Shown in pieces: positions 1 to 7,926 of a stretch of 64,000 nt of DNA; position 1 is the stretch's first letter, and every line of letters begins with the position of its first letter. The position numbers were made by a program, and so were the translations under genes. The stretch lies in IMG/VR virus record IMGVR_UViG_3300046697_000072. One strand, 5' to 3'. The notes below the pieces were generated by a model. The model was not told the origin of the DNA. It did not search any database and saw nothing but the letters and a program-made list of their open reading frames with translations. The stretch comes from a virus.

Positions 1-16
1 AACGTGGCACAAGCCG

Positions 17-280
17 GTGTATTGCGTTCACGTCCGGTGCCAAATTCGGCGTGGGGAGCTACCCCAGATTGCCCTGCTGAACCATGAACTCCAGTCGCAG
101 GCTGAGAACTGGTGGAGGTTCATTGGCCGGGAGTCTGGACGCGGCCAGCGTTCCAAGCAAGGCCGGATCACGCTTGCCAAACTCTACCGGCATTACCGCA
201 AGATGGCAATGGAGCGGAAGGAGTATGACCTCTGGAAGCTTGGCGGCGTCGGCATTGCGATGGTAGGAGTGATGGCATGA
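17..280 (+). CDS. hypothetical protein (start uncertain)
   Basis: 87-aa ORF; its TGA overlaps the next ATG (ATGA at 277-280); no recognisable motif. Confidence 0.35.
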   Translation: MYCVHVRCQIRRGELPQIALLNHELQSQAENWWRFIGRESGRGQRSKQGRITLAKLYRHYRKMAMERKEYDLWKLGGVGIAMVGVMA

Positions 281-480
281 GAGCACCCCGAACCATGACT
301 CGTTGCCGTAAGCTGGTGGCTACCAGCCACGACGGGCGCTACGCCTACTACCTGGATTCCCGCGATCTGTACATCTACCAACTCAGCCTGCTGAGTCAGG
401 TCTGGGTTGGATGGCTCTGTACCGTGGCCGTCTGGGACGCCGTGTTCAGTAAATCGGATTCGTTTCAACTCGCGGACTAG
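277..480 (+). CDS. hypothetical protein
   Basis: 67-aa ORF coupled to the previous ORF; followed by two hairpins. Confidence 0.4.
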   Translation: MRAPRTMTRCRKLVATSHDGRYAYYLDSRDLYIYQLSLLSQVWVGWLCTVAVWDAVFSKSDSFQLAD

Positions 481-495
481 GGGTTTTCAGCAGGA

Positions 496-541
496 TGGCC
501 TGTTGAGAGCAGGCCACCTTGCCGGGTATCCTTACACCCGG
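496..541 (+). terminator. two tandem stem-loops after ORF 277-480
   Basis: TGGCCTG-ttgagag-CAGGCCA (496-516) and CCGGGT-atccttac-ACCCGG (522-541); no U-tract. Confidence 0.35.
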
Positions 542-561
542 ATTTCACAGGAGAATAATCT

Positions 562-771
562 ATGGACCCTGACGCGAATTTGAAAGAACAACTCGAAATC
601 GCCCGCGCAATCCGGGCATCCTACGACGATTGCAACGCCGATGGTACGCTCACTGAAGGCCAGCAGCAATATGTGGCTGAGATAGCCGAGCGGTTTTCCG
701 AATTGGCGCTGGCCCTCGACGTATGGATAAGCAAGGGCGGATTCCTACCCGCCCGCTGGAGGAACGCATGA
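562..771 (+). CDS. hypothetical small protein
   Basis: 69-aa ORF; ACAGGAG RBS about 8 nt upstream of the ATG. Confidence 0.7.
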   Translation: MDPDANLKEQLEIARAIRASYDDCNADGTLTEGQQQYVAEIAERFSELALALDVWISKGGFLPARWRNA

Positions 772-1130
772 ACACCATACGACTCGACGAGAAAGCAGTC
801 AAGGCGATATTCGAGACGGCGGAAAACCAGTCCGACGCCCTTATCGCGCTTTACCGCATGGTATTCCCAGAGTGGGACCGCATCACGAAGATCGACGGCT
901 GGCCCACATGCAACAAGTCCACATGGAAGTCCATCTGTGAACGGTTCATGGACCTTGACCGGCGCAAGCACGCCGATGTTATGCCCGGCGGAATGTGGAT
1001 GAACAACGGGTTCTCCAGCCGCGAGGGGGAGCACCTGAAAGACTGGCAAGTGGAGCGCTGCCCGGTCGTCATGGAACCGGAAACGCCTGGACCGTCCAAC
1101 GTTGTACAGCCGCAAGCGATTGCGGCATAG
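768..1130 (+). CDS. hypothetical protein
   Basis: ATG 768 overlaps the stop of the previous gene (ATGA); GGAGGA RBS; 120 aa. Confidence 0.65.
   Translation: MNTIRLDEKAVKAIFETAENQSDALIALYRMVFPEWDRITKIDGWPTCNKSTWKSICERFMDLDRRKHADVMPGGMWMNNGFSSREGEHLKDWQVERCPVVMEPETPGPSNVVQPQAIAA
1094..1107. repeat. iterated palindrome copy GTCCAACGTTGTAC
   Basis: 3' end of gene 768-1130 (S-N-V-V); 31 nt upstream of ATG 1138. Confidence 0.9.
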
Positions 1131-1137
1131 GAGAGCG

Positions 1138-1254
1138 ATGAGATACCTTGAACTGGGCGGGGCGGCCATAGTTGGGCTGGCGATTCTGTCTCTGCTTATG
1201 GACTTGCTCAACGATTTCATCTGCCGGAGTATCGGCGGGAAGGTGGGACGGTAA
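1138..1254 (+). CDS. small membrane peptide (38 aa)
   Basis: Not in the ORF track (<60 aa). GGAGAG RBS; hydrophobic core GGAAIVGLAILSLLM; TAATG overlap with the next gene. Confidence 0.5.
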   Translation: MRYLELGGAAIVGLAILSLLMDLLNDFICRSIGGKVGR

Positions 1255-1511
1255 TGGCTCTCACGAAGAAACAACTTCGTAGGCTGGAGGAAATCCGCTA
1301 TGCCTTGTCGAGCGGCGTAGCGTACCTGAGAAAGCCGACTATCGCCGTCTGCATTAAAGGCTCCCCAGCCACCACAACCTATCACGCGGTACGCCCGCTC
1401 GATGGCGTCACGCTCTATGAAGTCGAGAAAGAGATGGGCTCGGAGTTGTGCATGGCTTTCACTGCCCTGCACTCCCTTGAGAAGATGATTGAAGAGGAGC
1501 GGCCCGCATGA
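1254..1511 (+). CDS. hypothetical protein
   Basis: 85-aa ORF, coupled on both sides. Confidence 0.6.
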   Translation: MALTKKQLRRLEEIRYALSSGVAYLRKPTIAVCIKGSPATTTYHAVRPLDGVTLYEVEKEMGSELCMAFTALHSLEKMIEEERPA

Positions 1512-1600
1512 CCCGCACTGTGGCTGGATGGCTGGCCGTGGCTGCTATCTTCATTGGGGCCTATGGCCTCTACTGCATCGCCACGGGGTTCTGGAGGTAG
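1508..1600 (+). CDS. small membrane peptide (30 aa)
   Basis: ATGA overlap with the previous stop; sequence MTRTVAGWLAVAAIFIGAYGLYCIATGFWR is one TM helix. Confidence 0.4.
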   Translation: MTRTVAGWLAVAAIFIGAYGLYCIATGFWR

Positions 1601-1604
1601 ACAA

Positions 1605-1910
1605 ATGGACAAAGAAATTCCTGACTTATCTCGCACAAAAGCCGCTCTCGAAGTGTACGACGCCTTTGACTCCGAGTTCGACGCGGAGGGGAGCCAAGAC
1701 GACGTTCTAGCTGAGTTTGCAGAGCTTGAGCGTTTTGGCAAGGCTGTAGGCAGGGCCTTTGGACTCGACACTGCCGACCGCAACAACGTGGACGACTGCG
1801 AAAGGTGCATCCGGCCAGGGAATAAGGTCCCTCCGGCAGGGATGCAACTGTCTTTTGTGCGCCGCATGGTGGAGCGATGGGAGGAACAGGAAGAACGCCA
1901 CAGCCGGTAA
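1605..1910 (+). CDS. hypothetical acidic protein
   Basis: GGAGG RBS 6 nt before ATG 1605 (internal Met of ORF 1554-1910). Confidence 0.6.
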   Translation: MDKEIPDLSRTKAALEVYDAFDSEFDAEGSQDDVLAEFAELERFGKAVGRAFGLDTADRNNVDDCERCIRPGNKVPPAGMQLSFVRRMVERWEEQEERHSR

Positions 1911-1967
1911 GGAAGCCTCTAGCCGCCACCCGGTGACAGCGGGCGGCGGATGGAGGAGGTCTTAACG

Positions 1968-2186
1968 ATGACGCCGTATATCGGATTTGGAAACGACACT
2001 TTGGCAAAACTGCCGAAGGTTAAATCTGGGGATTCTATCCGCTGCAAGTGTGGCCACGTCCACGCCCTGGAAGACAGCGAGCCACCGATGCTGCTGTGGT
2101 ATCACTGCGACGGAAAGACTTTCCTCGCTGGAATCAATGGATGCTTGACGGATGGCGTCAAAGCGGACGTTTCAGGAGAGATCTGA
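1968..2186 (+). CDS. small Cys/His protein (possible zinc ribbon)
   Basis: GGAGGAGG RBS before ATG 1968; CKCGH...HCDG. Confidence 0.55.
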   Translation: MTPYIGFGNDTLAKLPKVKSGDSIRCKCGHVHALEDSEPPMLLWYHCDGKTFLAGINGCLTDGVKADVSGEI

Positions 2187-2192
2187 AAACTC

Positions 2193-2224
2193 TTGACATG
2201 GAACCGTTTTCGTGTCACTATATT
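2193..2224 (+). promoter_or_regulatory. sigma70-like promoter (class A leader)
   Basis: aaaactcTTGACA, then CACTAT (17-nt spacer) or TATATT (20 nt), then attCACAGaccACAGGAG leader. Confidence 0.45.
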
Positions 2225-2243
2225 CACAGACCACAGGAGAAAT

Positions 2244-2507
2244 ATGACAATCTCAGCCGAACAAATCAGCAAGCTGGAGGAAGGACTTTCCAAGCCGAAC
2301 GTGGAATCTATGAAACACGATGTCCACGAGTGGCAGAATAGTCCTCCCTATAACTCTCTGGCTAATGTAGTCATTCTGTCATTCGTGACGGGAGATCTCC
2401 CCGTCATCCTTGCCGCTATCGGAGCGGCCCTGCACCACGGGTACACTCTGGGCTATGCCGCTGCCCAGTCCGAGAGCTTGGACCGCATGCTGGAGGATGG
2501 CCAATGA
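2244..2507 (+). CDS. hypothetical protein
   Basis: AGGAGA RBS before ATG 2244; 87 aa; stop overlaps the next start. Confidence 0.6.
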   Translation: MTISAEQISKLEEGLSKPNVESMKHDVHEWQNSPPYNSLANVVILSFVTGDLPVILAAIGAALHHGYTLGYAAAQSESLDRMLEDGQ

Positions 2508-3979
2508 ACCTACTGGCGAGCTTCCGTGCCGCAAGGCGCGTCTCAACTCCCTTAATTTGCATCCGGACGGCTGACCCGGCTGCAACCATGCGGACAATCA
2601 GCACGTCCTTCAACGGAGACCCGCCTCCGATCCTACACTGGGACACCGTGGCGGGAATCCGGGGTGTCAATAAACCCGGCGTGGCCGCAGCCGGGGACCT
2701 GGGCAGCGATCCTGGTAGCATCATCGGCCCAGTGGATGCGCTCATTGCGGCGGCGAAGCTACCGCCGCGCTCCATGCTGTTCTTCGCCAATGCCCATCGG
2801 GTGATCGGTGAGAATGGCGTTTCCCAAGCCGTATGGAATCTCCGGGACTCATTCAAGCGGGACACCCGGACTCTGGTCATGCTCTGTCCAACGTTGAACC
2901 TTCCGGCTGAAATCAGCCAAGATGTCCTGATGCTGGATGAGCCACTCCCGACCAGTGAAGAACTGGAGGCCATTGTCCGCGACACGTTCAAGAGCGCGGA
3001 CCTCACGATGGCCGAAGATGGCTCAATCACGAAAGCCGTGGACGCCATCTGCGGGCTAGCCGCGTTCCCGGCTGAACAGTCCTGCGCCATGAGCATCACC
3101 AAAGACGGTATGGACTTGGATGCGCTATGGGACCGGAAGAGAAGCTCAATCGAGGAACAACGCGGCCTATCAGTCTGGAGAGGAGGAGAGAAGTTCTGTG
3201 ACATCGGGGGCTACTCCAATCTCAAGAAATTCCTGATGGCTGTCCTGAAAGGCAGAGTCCCCCCGCGTGGAATAGTTTTCCTGGATGAACTTGAGAAGGG
3301 CATCGGCACCGGGCAAGACACGTCCGGTGTCAGCCAGGGGCTACTCCAGCAGCTTCTCACCTACATGCAGGATAAGGAGTCGATTGGCCTGCTTCTAATC
3401 GGCGCGGCGGGGACTTCCAAGTCCATGTTCGCCAAGGCTACCGGCAATGAGGGCGGTGTCCCGACTATCGCTCTGGACCTCGGTGGGATGAAGGGTTCTC
3501 TGGTAGGTGAATCCGAAGCCTCTCTCCGTAATGCCCTGAAAGTCTGCGATGCTGTCACTCAGAAACGAGCCCTATTTTTGGGAACGTGTAATTCTATCGG
3601 AGCTTTACCCCCGGAGCTACGGCGTCGGTTCAATCTAGGCATTTTCTTTTTGGATCTCCCGAACTCTGCCGAGCGTAAGGCCATCTGGGACCTGTATCTC
3701 AAGAAGTATGATTTACCGAAACAGACACTCCCGACAGATGACGGCTGGACAGGTGCAGAGATCCGGCAGGCTTGCTGGATTTCTTGGAACCTCAACATTC
3801 CCCTAGTGGAAGCGGCGGAGTACATTGTCCCGGTATCCCGGTCTGCATCGGAGCAGATCTCCAAGCTCCGGGATAGCGCCGATGGACGGTACATCAGTGC
3901 ATCGTACCCCGGAGTGTTCCTTAAAGCTGGCCCCTCTTCGGCTCAGACCGGACGCAAGATGAATCTGGAGGTCAACTGA
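2504..3979 (+). CDS. AAA+ ATPase, Ycf46-like
   Basis: C-terminal AAA module: GAAGTSKS (Walker A-like), IVFLDELEK, TCNSIGALPPELRRRF...PNSAERKAIW (sensor/Arg-finger region); ~490 aa; followed by DUF1257/DUF2997-like genes. Confidence 0.7.
   Translation: MNLLASFRAARRVSTPLICIRTADPAATMRTISTSFNGDPPPILHWDTVAGIRGVNKPGVAAAGDLGSDPGSIIGPVDALIAAAKLPPRSMLFFANAHRVIGENGVSQAVWNLRDSFKRDTRTLVMLCPTLNLPAEISQDVLMLDEPLPTSEELEAIVRDTFKSADLTMAEDGSITKAVDAICGLAAFPAEQSCAMSITKDGMDLDALWDRKRSSIEEQRGLSVWRGGEKFCDIGGYSNLKKFLMAVLKGRVPPRGIVFLDELEKGIGTGQDTSGVSQGLLQQLLTYMQDKESIGLLLIGAAGTSKSMFAKATGNEGGVPTIALDLGGMKGSLVGESEASLRNALKVCDAVTQKRALFLGTCNSIGALPPELRRRFNLGIFFLDLPNSAERKAIWDLYLKKYDLPKQTLPTDDGWTGAEIRQACWISWNLNIPLVEAAEYIVPVSRSASEQISKLRDSADGRYISASYPGVFLKAGPSSAQTGRKMNLEVN
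2886..2899. repeat. iterated palindrome copy GTCCAACGTTGAAC
   Basis: Internal to the AAA+ gene (P-T-L-N). Confidence 0.9.
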
Positions 3980-4221
3980 TGGAACAACAGCCGATAGACA
4001 ACAAAGCTGTTCTAAAAGACGGCTTCAACTTCACCCCGATCTATAAAAACGTGAGGGTACGTATGAAAATCAGCCGCGCCGATCACGCCAAACTGGGGAG
4101 GGGTCCGGGAATGTACGGGATTGTTACAGATCAACAGGACGGGAAGCGGTACAAAGTGTACGGACGGTCCTGCGGCCTTCCACGTTGCATGTGTGACGCC
4201 GAAATCAAAGATGTCGCCTAG
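3979..4221 (+). CDS. hypothetical protein
   Basis: 80-aa ORF; ATG overlaps the previous TGA. Confidence 0.6.
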   Translation: MEQQPIDNKAVLKDGFNFTPIYKNVRVRMKISRADHAKLGRGPGMYGIVTDQQDGKRYKVYGRSCGLPRCMCDAEIKDVA

Positions 4222-4236
4222 AACCCCTACACCCTT

Positions 4237-4256
4237 CCGCACTTGAGAGAGTGCGG
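4237..4256 (+). terminator. stem-loop after ORF 3979-4221
   Basis: CCGCAC-ttgagaga-GTGCGG; same TTGAGAG loop as the hairpin at 496-516; no U-tract. Confidence 0.35.
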
Positions 4257-4305
4257 CGGGGCGGAGGCTCTAGCAACTGAGCTATCCCACAGGAGAATTT
4301 AGCCT

Positions 4306-4710
4306 ATGTCAATGTATCACGAGCAGAAAACGAACTTGAAGGACGAGAAGCACCTTGTTTCCGCCCTTCACGATCTGGGGTTCCTAGTGGAATGCCACGA
4401 GCAGCCCCAGACGCTAATGGACTGGCACGGCCACGCCCAGCCTCAGAAGGCCAACATCATCATCCGGCGACAGAACACCGGATGCGGCGCGTCCAACGAT
4501 GTCGGGTTCCTCAAGACCGAGGATGGCACGTACCAAGCGATAATCTCCGAGTACGATCAATCGGTGAAGTTCAACCAGACGTGGCTCGGCCAACTCCGGG
4601 CCGGATACGTCGAGCACTGGCAGATCGCCAGCCAACGCGCCAGGGGCCGGGTGTTCCTGGGGAAAGAGAAGGTCGGGGATCACGTCCGGCTTTCGTTTGG
4701 GGTGCGCTAG
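4306..4710 (+). CDS. DUF1257 (Ycf35)-like protein
   Basis: N-terminus MSMYHEQKTNLKDEKHLVSALHDLGF matches the DUF1257 pattern from memory; ACAGGAG RBS. Confidence 0.6.
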   Translation: MSMYHEQKTNLKDEKHLVSALHDLGFLVECHEQPQTLMDWHGHAQPQKANIIIRRQNTGCGASNDVGFLKTEDGTYQAIISEYDQSVKFNQTWLGQLRAGYVEHWQIASQRARGRVFLGKEKVGDHVRLSFGVR

Positions 4711-4896
4711 ATGCGTAAAATCATCATCGACATCGACCCGGCCGGGGACTTCACTTTCGACCTTCAGGGCTTTCATGGGAAAGCCTGCGCGAAGATTGCC
4801 AATGAGTTCCTGGAGTCCTCCACCACCAAGACCGAACGGCTGAAGCGCGAGTACCATGAGGCTACAGCCCAGCAGACGGAGGTTCAGAAAAGCTGA
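4711..4896 (+). CDS. DUF2997-like small protein
   Basis: KIIIDIDPAGDFTFDLQGFHGKACAKI resembles the DUF2997 pattern; 61 aa. Confidence 0.5.
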   Translation: MRKIIIDIDPAGDFTFDLQGFHGKACAKIANEFLESSTTKTERLKREYHEATAQQTEVQKS

Positions 4897-5210
4897 TGGC
4901 ACCCCTCTGCGATCTGTGTTCCGAGCCGGACCCGGTATGGGTTCACCCGGCTCTCAGTTTCCCGGTGGAGATCGACGGGCTTGTCCTGTCCAACTCCATC
5001 GACGAATGGTATGCCTGCGAAACCTGCCACCGGCTGATTGAAGCCGGAGACCGGGATGCGCTCGCCATCCGTTCAGCAGACCGCTTCATGATGGATCACC
5101 CGGAGTTCATCTTGGATTACAAGTCCGTCGTGTCTCAACTCCGGCAGGTTCATGACCAGTTTTTCCAGTATCGCTACGGCGAATCGCACCGCGTGGAGGT
5201 GAACGTATGA
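4896..5210 (+). CDS. hypothetical Cys-containing protein
   Basis: 104-aa ORF; CDLC...CETC pairs; coupled starts. Confidence 0.6.
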   Translation: MAPLCDLCSEPDPVWVHPALSFPVEIDGLVLSNSIDEWYACETCHRLIEAGDRDALAIRSADRFMMDHPEFILDYKSVVSQLRQVHDQFFQYRYGESHRVEVNV

Positions 5211-5404
5211 CTCTCTACAAGACAACCATCGTGATTTGGTCCGGCACGCCGCCTGAAGATATCGAGATTGACGAGCTTGCGCGAGAAGCGATGGTCGGCG
5301 GGGCATACTGCTCTAAGCAGAACTTTGTCAAGGTTGATGACCCGCAATCCGACCCAGATTGGGATGGGACGGAGTTCTTCGATATGCCTGGGGATGAGGA
5401 GTAG
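5207..5404 (+). CDS. small acidic protein
   Basis: 65 aa, Asp/Glu-rich C-terminus (DDPQSDPDWDGTEFFDMPGDEE). Confidence 0.6.
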   Translation: MTLYKTTIVIWSGTPPEDIEIDELAREAMVGGAYCSKQNFVKVDDPQSDPDWDGTEFFDMPGDEE

Positions 5405-5406
5405 CT

Positions 5407-5952
5407 ATGCGCCTTCATGCAACGTTGCACGGAAGCCAGGCGAACGGTCCCGGCCTCCGGAGTGTGGTGTGGGTCCAGGGCTGCTCACTCGGCTGCAAGG
5501 GGTGTGTCAACCCGGAAACTTGGGACGCGGACGGCGGCTATGAAGTCCACCCGAACGTTATCGCCTGTCGCATAATTCGGAATGCCGCTCCGAACACTGA
5601 GGGACTTACCATATCAGGCGGTGAGCCACTCCAGCAGGGGATCGAACTGCTGTATATGATCCAAGAGATTAAGCGGCTTCGCCCGGCGTGGTCGGTTGGG
5701 CTTTTCTCGGGATACACCGAGTCGGAGTTGCGCAGAATCCCCCGATGGACCGCCATCCGTGCAACGTTGGACTTCGCGGTTTTGGGCCGGTATGACCGGA
5801 CCCAGGCGTGTAGCAAGCCACTGGTTTCAAGCGCAAACCAGGAGCTTGTGCTCTTGAGTTCCAGATATACGCTCAATGATTTTCCGGCTCAGTCCGAAGA
5901 GGTCTTCGTCGGGCCGGATGGATTATGTCAGATCACCGGGTTTGCCCGGTAA
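5407..5952 (+). CDS. radical-SAM activating enzyme, NrdG-like
   Basis: ANGPGLRSVVWVQGCSLGCKGCVNPETW (CxxxCxxC cluster in NrdG/PflA-type context); TISGGEPL SAM motif; ~180 aa. Confidence 0.75.
   Translation: MRLHATLHGSQANGPGLRSVVWVQGCSLGCKGCVNPETWDADGGYEVHPNVIACRIIRNAAPNTEGLTISGGEPLQQGIELLYMIQEIKRLRPAWSVGLFSGYTESELRRIPRWTAIRATLDFAVLGRYDRTQACSKPLVSSANQELVLLSSRYTLNDFPAQSEEVFVGPDGLCQITGFAR
5417..5430. repeat. iterated palindrome copy ATGCAACGTTGCAC
   Basis: Codons 4-8 of the radical-SAM gene (A-T-L-H). Confidence 0.9.
5759..5772. repeat. iterated palindrome copy GTGCAACGTTGGAC
   Basis: Internal to the radical-SAM gene (A-T-L-D). Confidence 0.9.
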
Positions 5953-5976
5953 ACAACAACACAGGAGAAACGAAGC

Positions 5977-6912
5977 ATGACGCCGACAGCAGCAACAAAC
6001 AACACCAACCAGTCGATGCTCGACAAAACAATTTGTATCAGCGTCTTCCTGGGAGGCTTAGGCAACAACCGCAAGGTCCGCAACTCCGAAGTGGGGATTG
6101 ACAGCGACGACATACACGTCTCTAAGACGTTACTTGAGTCGCCCGAGTACGAGGCCATCAAGCGGTTCGACCGGGCCACAATCAAGTGGCTCAACAACAA
6201 GTGCATCCCCAGCTTCTTCCGGGCCGGGATCTACTGCGTTCCTATCCCTTCGGTGCAAGAGGCCGAGGGCTTCATGAAGGAACGCTTCACGGGCCGGGCT
6301 GAACTGGTGGATAAGCTCCTGGAAGTCTACGACATTCAGAAAGCTCAGGCCGAAACCCGACTCGGGACCGTTCAAGTCGGCAGCGTTCAGGTGAATGTCT
6401 ACAACCCGCTTGAGTACCCGCCCAAGTCCGCAGTCCAGGCGGCGTATAAGTTCGAGTGGAACTGGATTAACCTCGGCACGCCCGGTAAGCTCAAAAGCAT
6501 ATCGATGTCGTTCTTCGAGCAAGAGCAGCAAAAGGCTGCTGCGAAGTGGGCAGAGGCCACAGATCAGGTCAAGGCCCTGATGCGGTCCCAGTTCAAAGAG
6601 TTGGTCGATCACCTCGTGGACAAGTTGACCCCGGATGAGAAGGGGGCTCGTAAGAAGTTCCACGCCACCACGGTCAACAAGGTCAAGGAGTTTCTGGATG
6701 CGTTCTCGGTCAAGAACGTCACCGACGACACCGAACTGGAGCAACTTGTCGGGGCTACGCGGAAGCTCATGGATGGGGTGGATGTCGATCAGATCAAGGA
6801 CTCGGACCACCTCCGTTCGAACATCCAGAAGGGCTTCGGGATCGTCAAGGACTGCCTGGATCAACTGGTGGTCGAGGGCGGCACCAGAAAGATTTCGTTT
6901 TTGGAAGAATGA
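5977..6912 (+). CDS. hypothetical protein (tentatively DUF3150-like)
   Basis: 311 aa; ACAGGAG RBS; N-terminal ISVFLGGLGNNRKV...SKTLL..PE...IK pattern; family assignment unverified. Confidence 0.4.
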   Translation: MTPTAATNNTNQSMLDKTICISVFLGGLGNNRKVRNSEVGIDSDDIHVSKTLLESPEYEAIKRFDRATIKWLNNKCIPSFFRAGIYCVPIPSVQEAEGFMKERFTGRAELVDKLLEVYDIQKAQAETRLGTVQVGSVQVNVYNPLEYPPKSAVQAAYKFEWNWINLGTPGKLKSISMSFFEQEQQKAAAKWAEATDQVKALMRSQFKELVDHLVDKLTPDEKGARKKFHATTVNKVKEFLDAFSVKNVTDDTELEQLVGATRKLMDGVDVDQIKDSDHLRSNIQKGFGIVKDCLDQLVVEGGTRKISFLEE

Positions 6913-6924
6913 GGAGTGAACCCA

Positions 6925-7866
6925 ATGAAGCTACAGATCAAATCATTAGCTGGCTCGCTGCTATTTGAGTCCGAGTCGGAATCACTGAAAGAGCTTCTGG
7001 TGGGAGCAGTTGAATCCCGTGCGAACCTCTCCGGTGCGAACCTCTACGGTGCGAACCTCTCCGGTGCGGACCTCTACCGTGCGAACCTCTCCGGTGCGAA
7101 CCTCTACGGTGCGAACCTCTCCGGTGCGAACCTCTCCGGTGCGAACCTCTACGGTGCGGACCTCTCCGGTGCGAACCTCTCCGGTGCGAACCTCTCCGGT
7201 GCGAACCTCTCCGGTGCGGACCTCTCCGGTGCGAACCTCTACGGTGCGGACCTCTCCGGTGCGAACCTCTCCGGTGCGAACCTCTCCGGTGCGAACCTCT
7301 ACAGTGCGAACCTCTCCGGTGCGAACCTCTACGGTGCGGACCTCTCCGGTGCGAACCTCTCCGGTGCGAACCTCTCCGGTGCGAACCTCTACCGTGCGAA
7401 CCTCTCCGGTGCGAACCTCTACGGTGCGGACCTCTCCCGTGCGAACCTCTCCGGTGCGAACCTCTACGGTGCGGACCTCTCCCGTGCGAACCTCTCCGGT
7501 GCGGAGGGTATAAAGGATCTCGCTTCTCTGGAGTGGTTCATGAGAAACTTCAAGAAAACCAAACATGGAGTGATCGTGTATAAGTGTTTTCACGGCACTT
7601 TCGCTCCAAATCCATGCTGGAAAATCGAACCGGGGACCGTCCTCACCGAGATCTGTGGACCAATGCCGACCGATGACTGCGCCTGCGGCTTAAACTTCGC
7701 CACGTTGGAATGGGTCAGAGCGAATCACCCCGGGAAAATCATCTGGCGTTGCCTGATCCGCTGGGCGTGGCTCCCCGGAGTTGTGATCCCGTGGAATACG
7801 AACGGGAAGGCCCGGTGTTCGAAACTGATGCTCTTACGGCCACTGAAGGAGGGTGAAACAAAATAG
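6925..7866 (+). CDS. pentapeptide-repeat protein with non-repeat C-terminal domain
   Basis: ~32 consecutive A(N/D)L(S/Y)(G/R) pentads, then a ~120-aa Cys/Trp-rich domain; GGAG RBS favours ATG 6925 over GTG 6916. Confidence 0.9.
   Translation: MKLQIKSLAGSLLFESESESLKELLVGAVESRANLSGANLYGANLSGADLYRANLSGANLYGANLSGANLSGANLYGADLSGANLSGANLSGANLSGADLSGANLYGADLSGANLSGANLSGANLYSANLSGANLYGADLSGANLSGANLSGANLYRANLSGANLYGADLSRANLSGANLYGADLSRANLSGAEGIKDLASLEWFMRNFKKTKHGVIVYKCFHGTFAPNPCWKIEPGTVLTEICGPMPTDDCACGLNFATLEWVRANHPGKIIWRCLIRWAWLPGVVIPWNTNGKARCSKLMLLRPLKEGETK
7018..7500 (+). repeat. tandem 15-bp DNA repeat (about 32 units)
   Basis: Unit GGTGCGAACCTCTCC with few substitutions (AAC/GAC, TCC/TAC, GGT/CGT/AGT); codon choice is nearly identical in every unit. 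Confidence 0.95.
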
Positions 7867-7871
7867 TACGG

Positions 7872-7888
7872 GGCAGGCTCAGCCTGCC
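7872..7888 (+). terminator. stem-loop after the pentapeptide gene
   Basis: GGCAGGC-tca-GCCTGCC, 6 nt after the stop. Confidence 0.4.
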
Positions 7889-7912
7889 TCCCGCTCCAAT
7901 GGGTGCCTGCAC

Positions 7913-7926
7913 AGTGCAACTTTGGA
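7913..7926. repeat. 13/14 variant GTGCAACTTTGGAC
   Basis: Intergenic, 43 nt upstream of ATG 7969; central CG changed to CT. Confidence 0.6.

Noticed and set aside
621-1472. 283-aa minus-strand ORF opposite several plus-strand early genes. Similar long antisense ORFs occur at 2416-3204, 10920-11678, 14302-14994 and 34409-35125.
   Set aside because: They lie antisense to genes with RBSs, coupled starts and recognisable motifs. Such shadow ORFs are expected in GC-rich DNA, and none has an RBS or a recognisable domain.
4266-4290. tRNA-like D-arm on the minus strand (GGGATAGCTCAGTTGCTAGAGC), next to a hairpin with an 8-nt loop.
   Set aside because: There is no matching acceptor 3' strand and no T-arm, and the anticodon-like loop has the wrong size. 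The stretch overlaps the RBS region of gene 4306. It is most likely a chance resemblance or a decayed fragment.
7018-7500. The regular short tandem repeats might be a CRISPR array.
   Set aside because: The units are contiguous 15-mers with no spacers, lie in frame within a CDS, and have no leader or cas genes.
6982-7593. Alternative-frame ORFs through the pentapeptide repeat: VRTSP repeats on the plus strand (7010-7513) and EVRTG repeats on the minus strand.
   Set aside because: They are artefacts of a 15-bp periodic sequence being open in every frame. Only the A(N/D)LSG frame continues into a non-repeat domain with an RBS.
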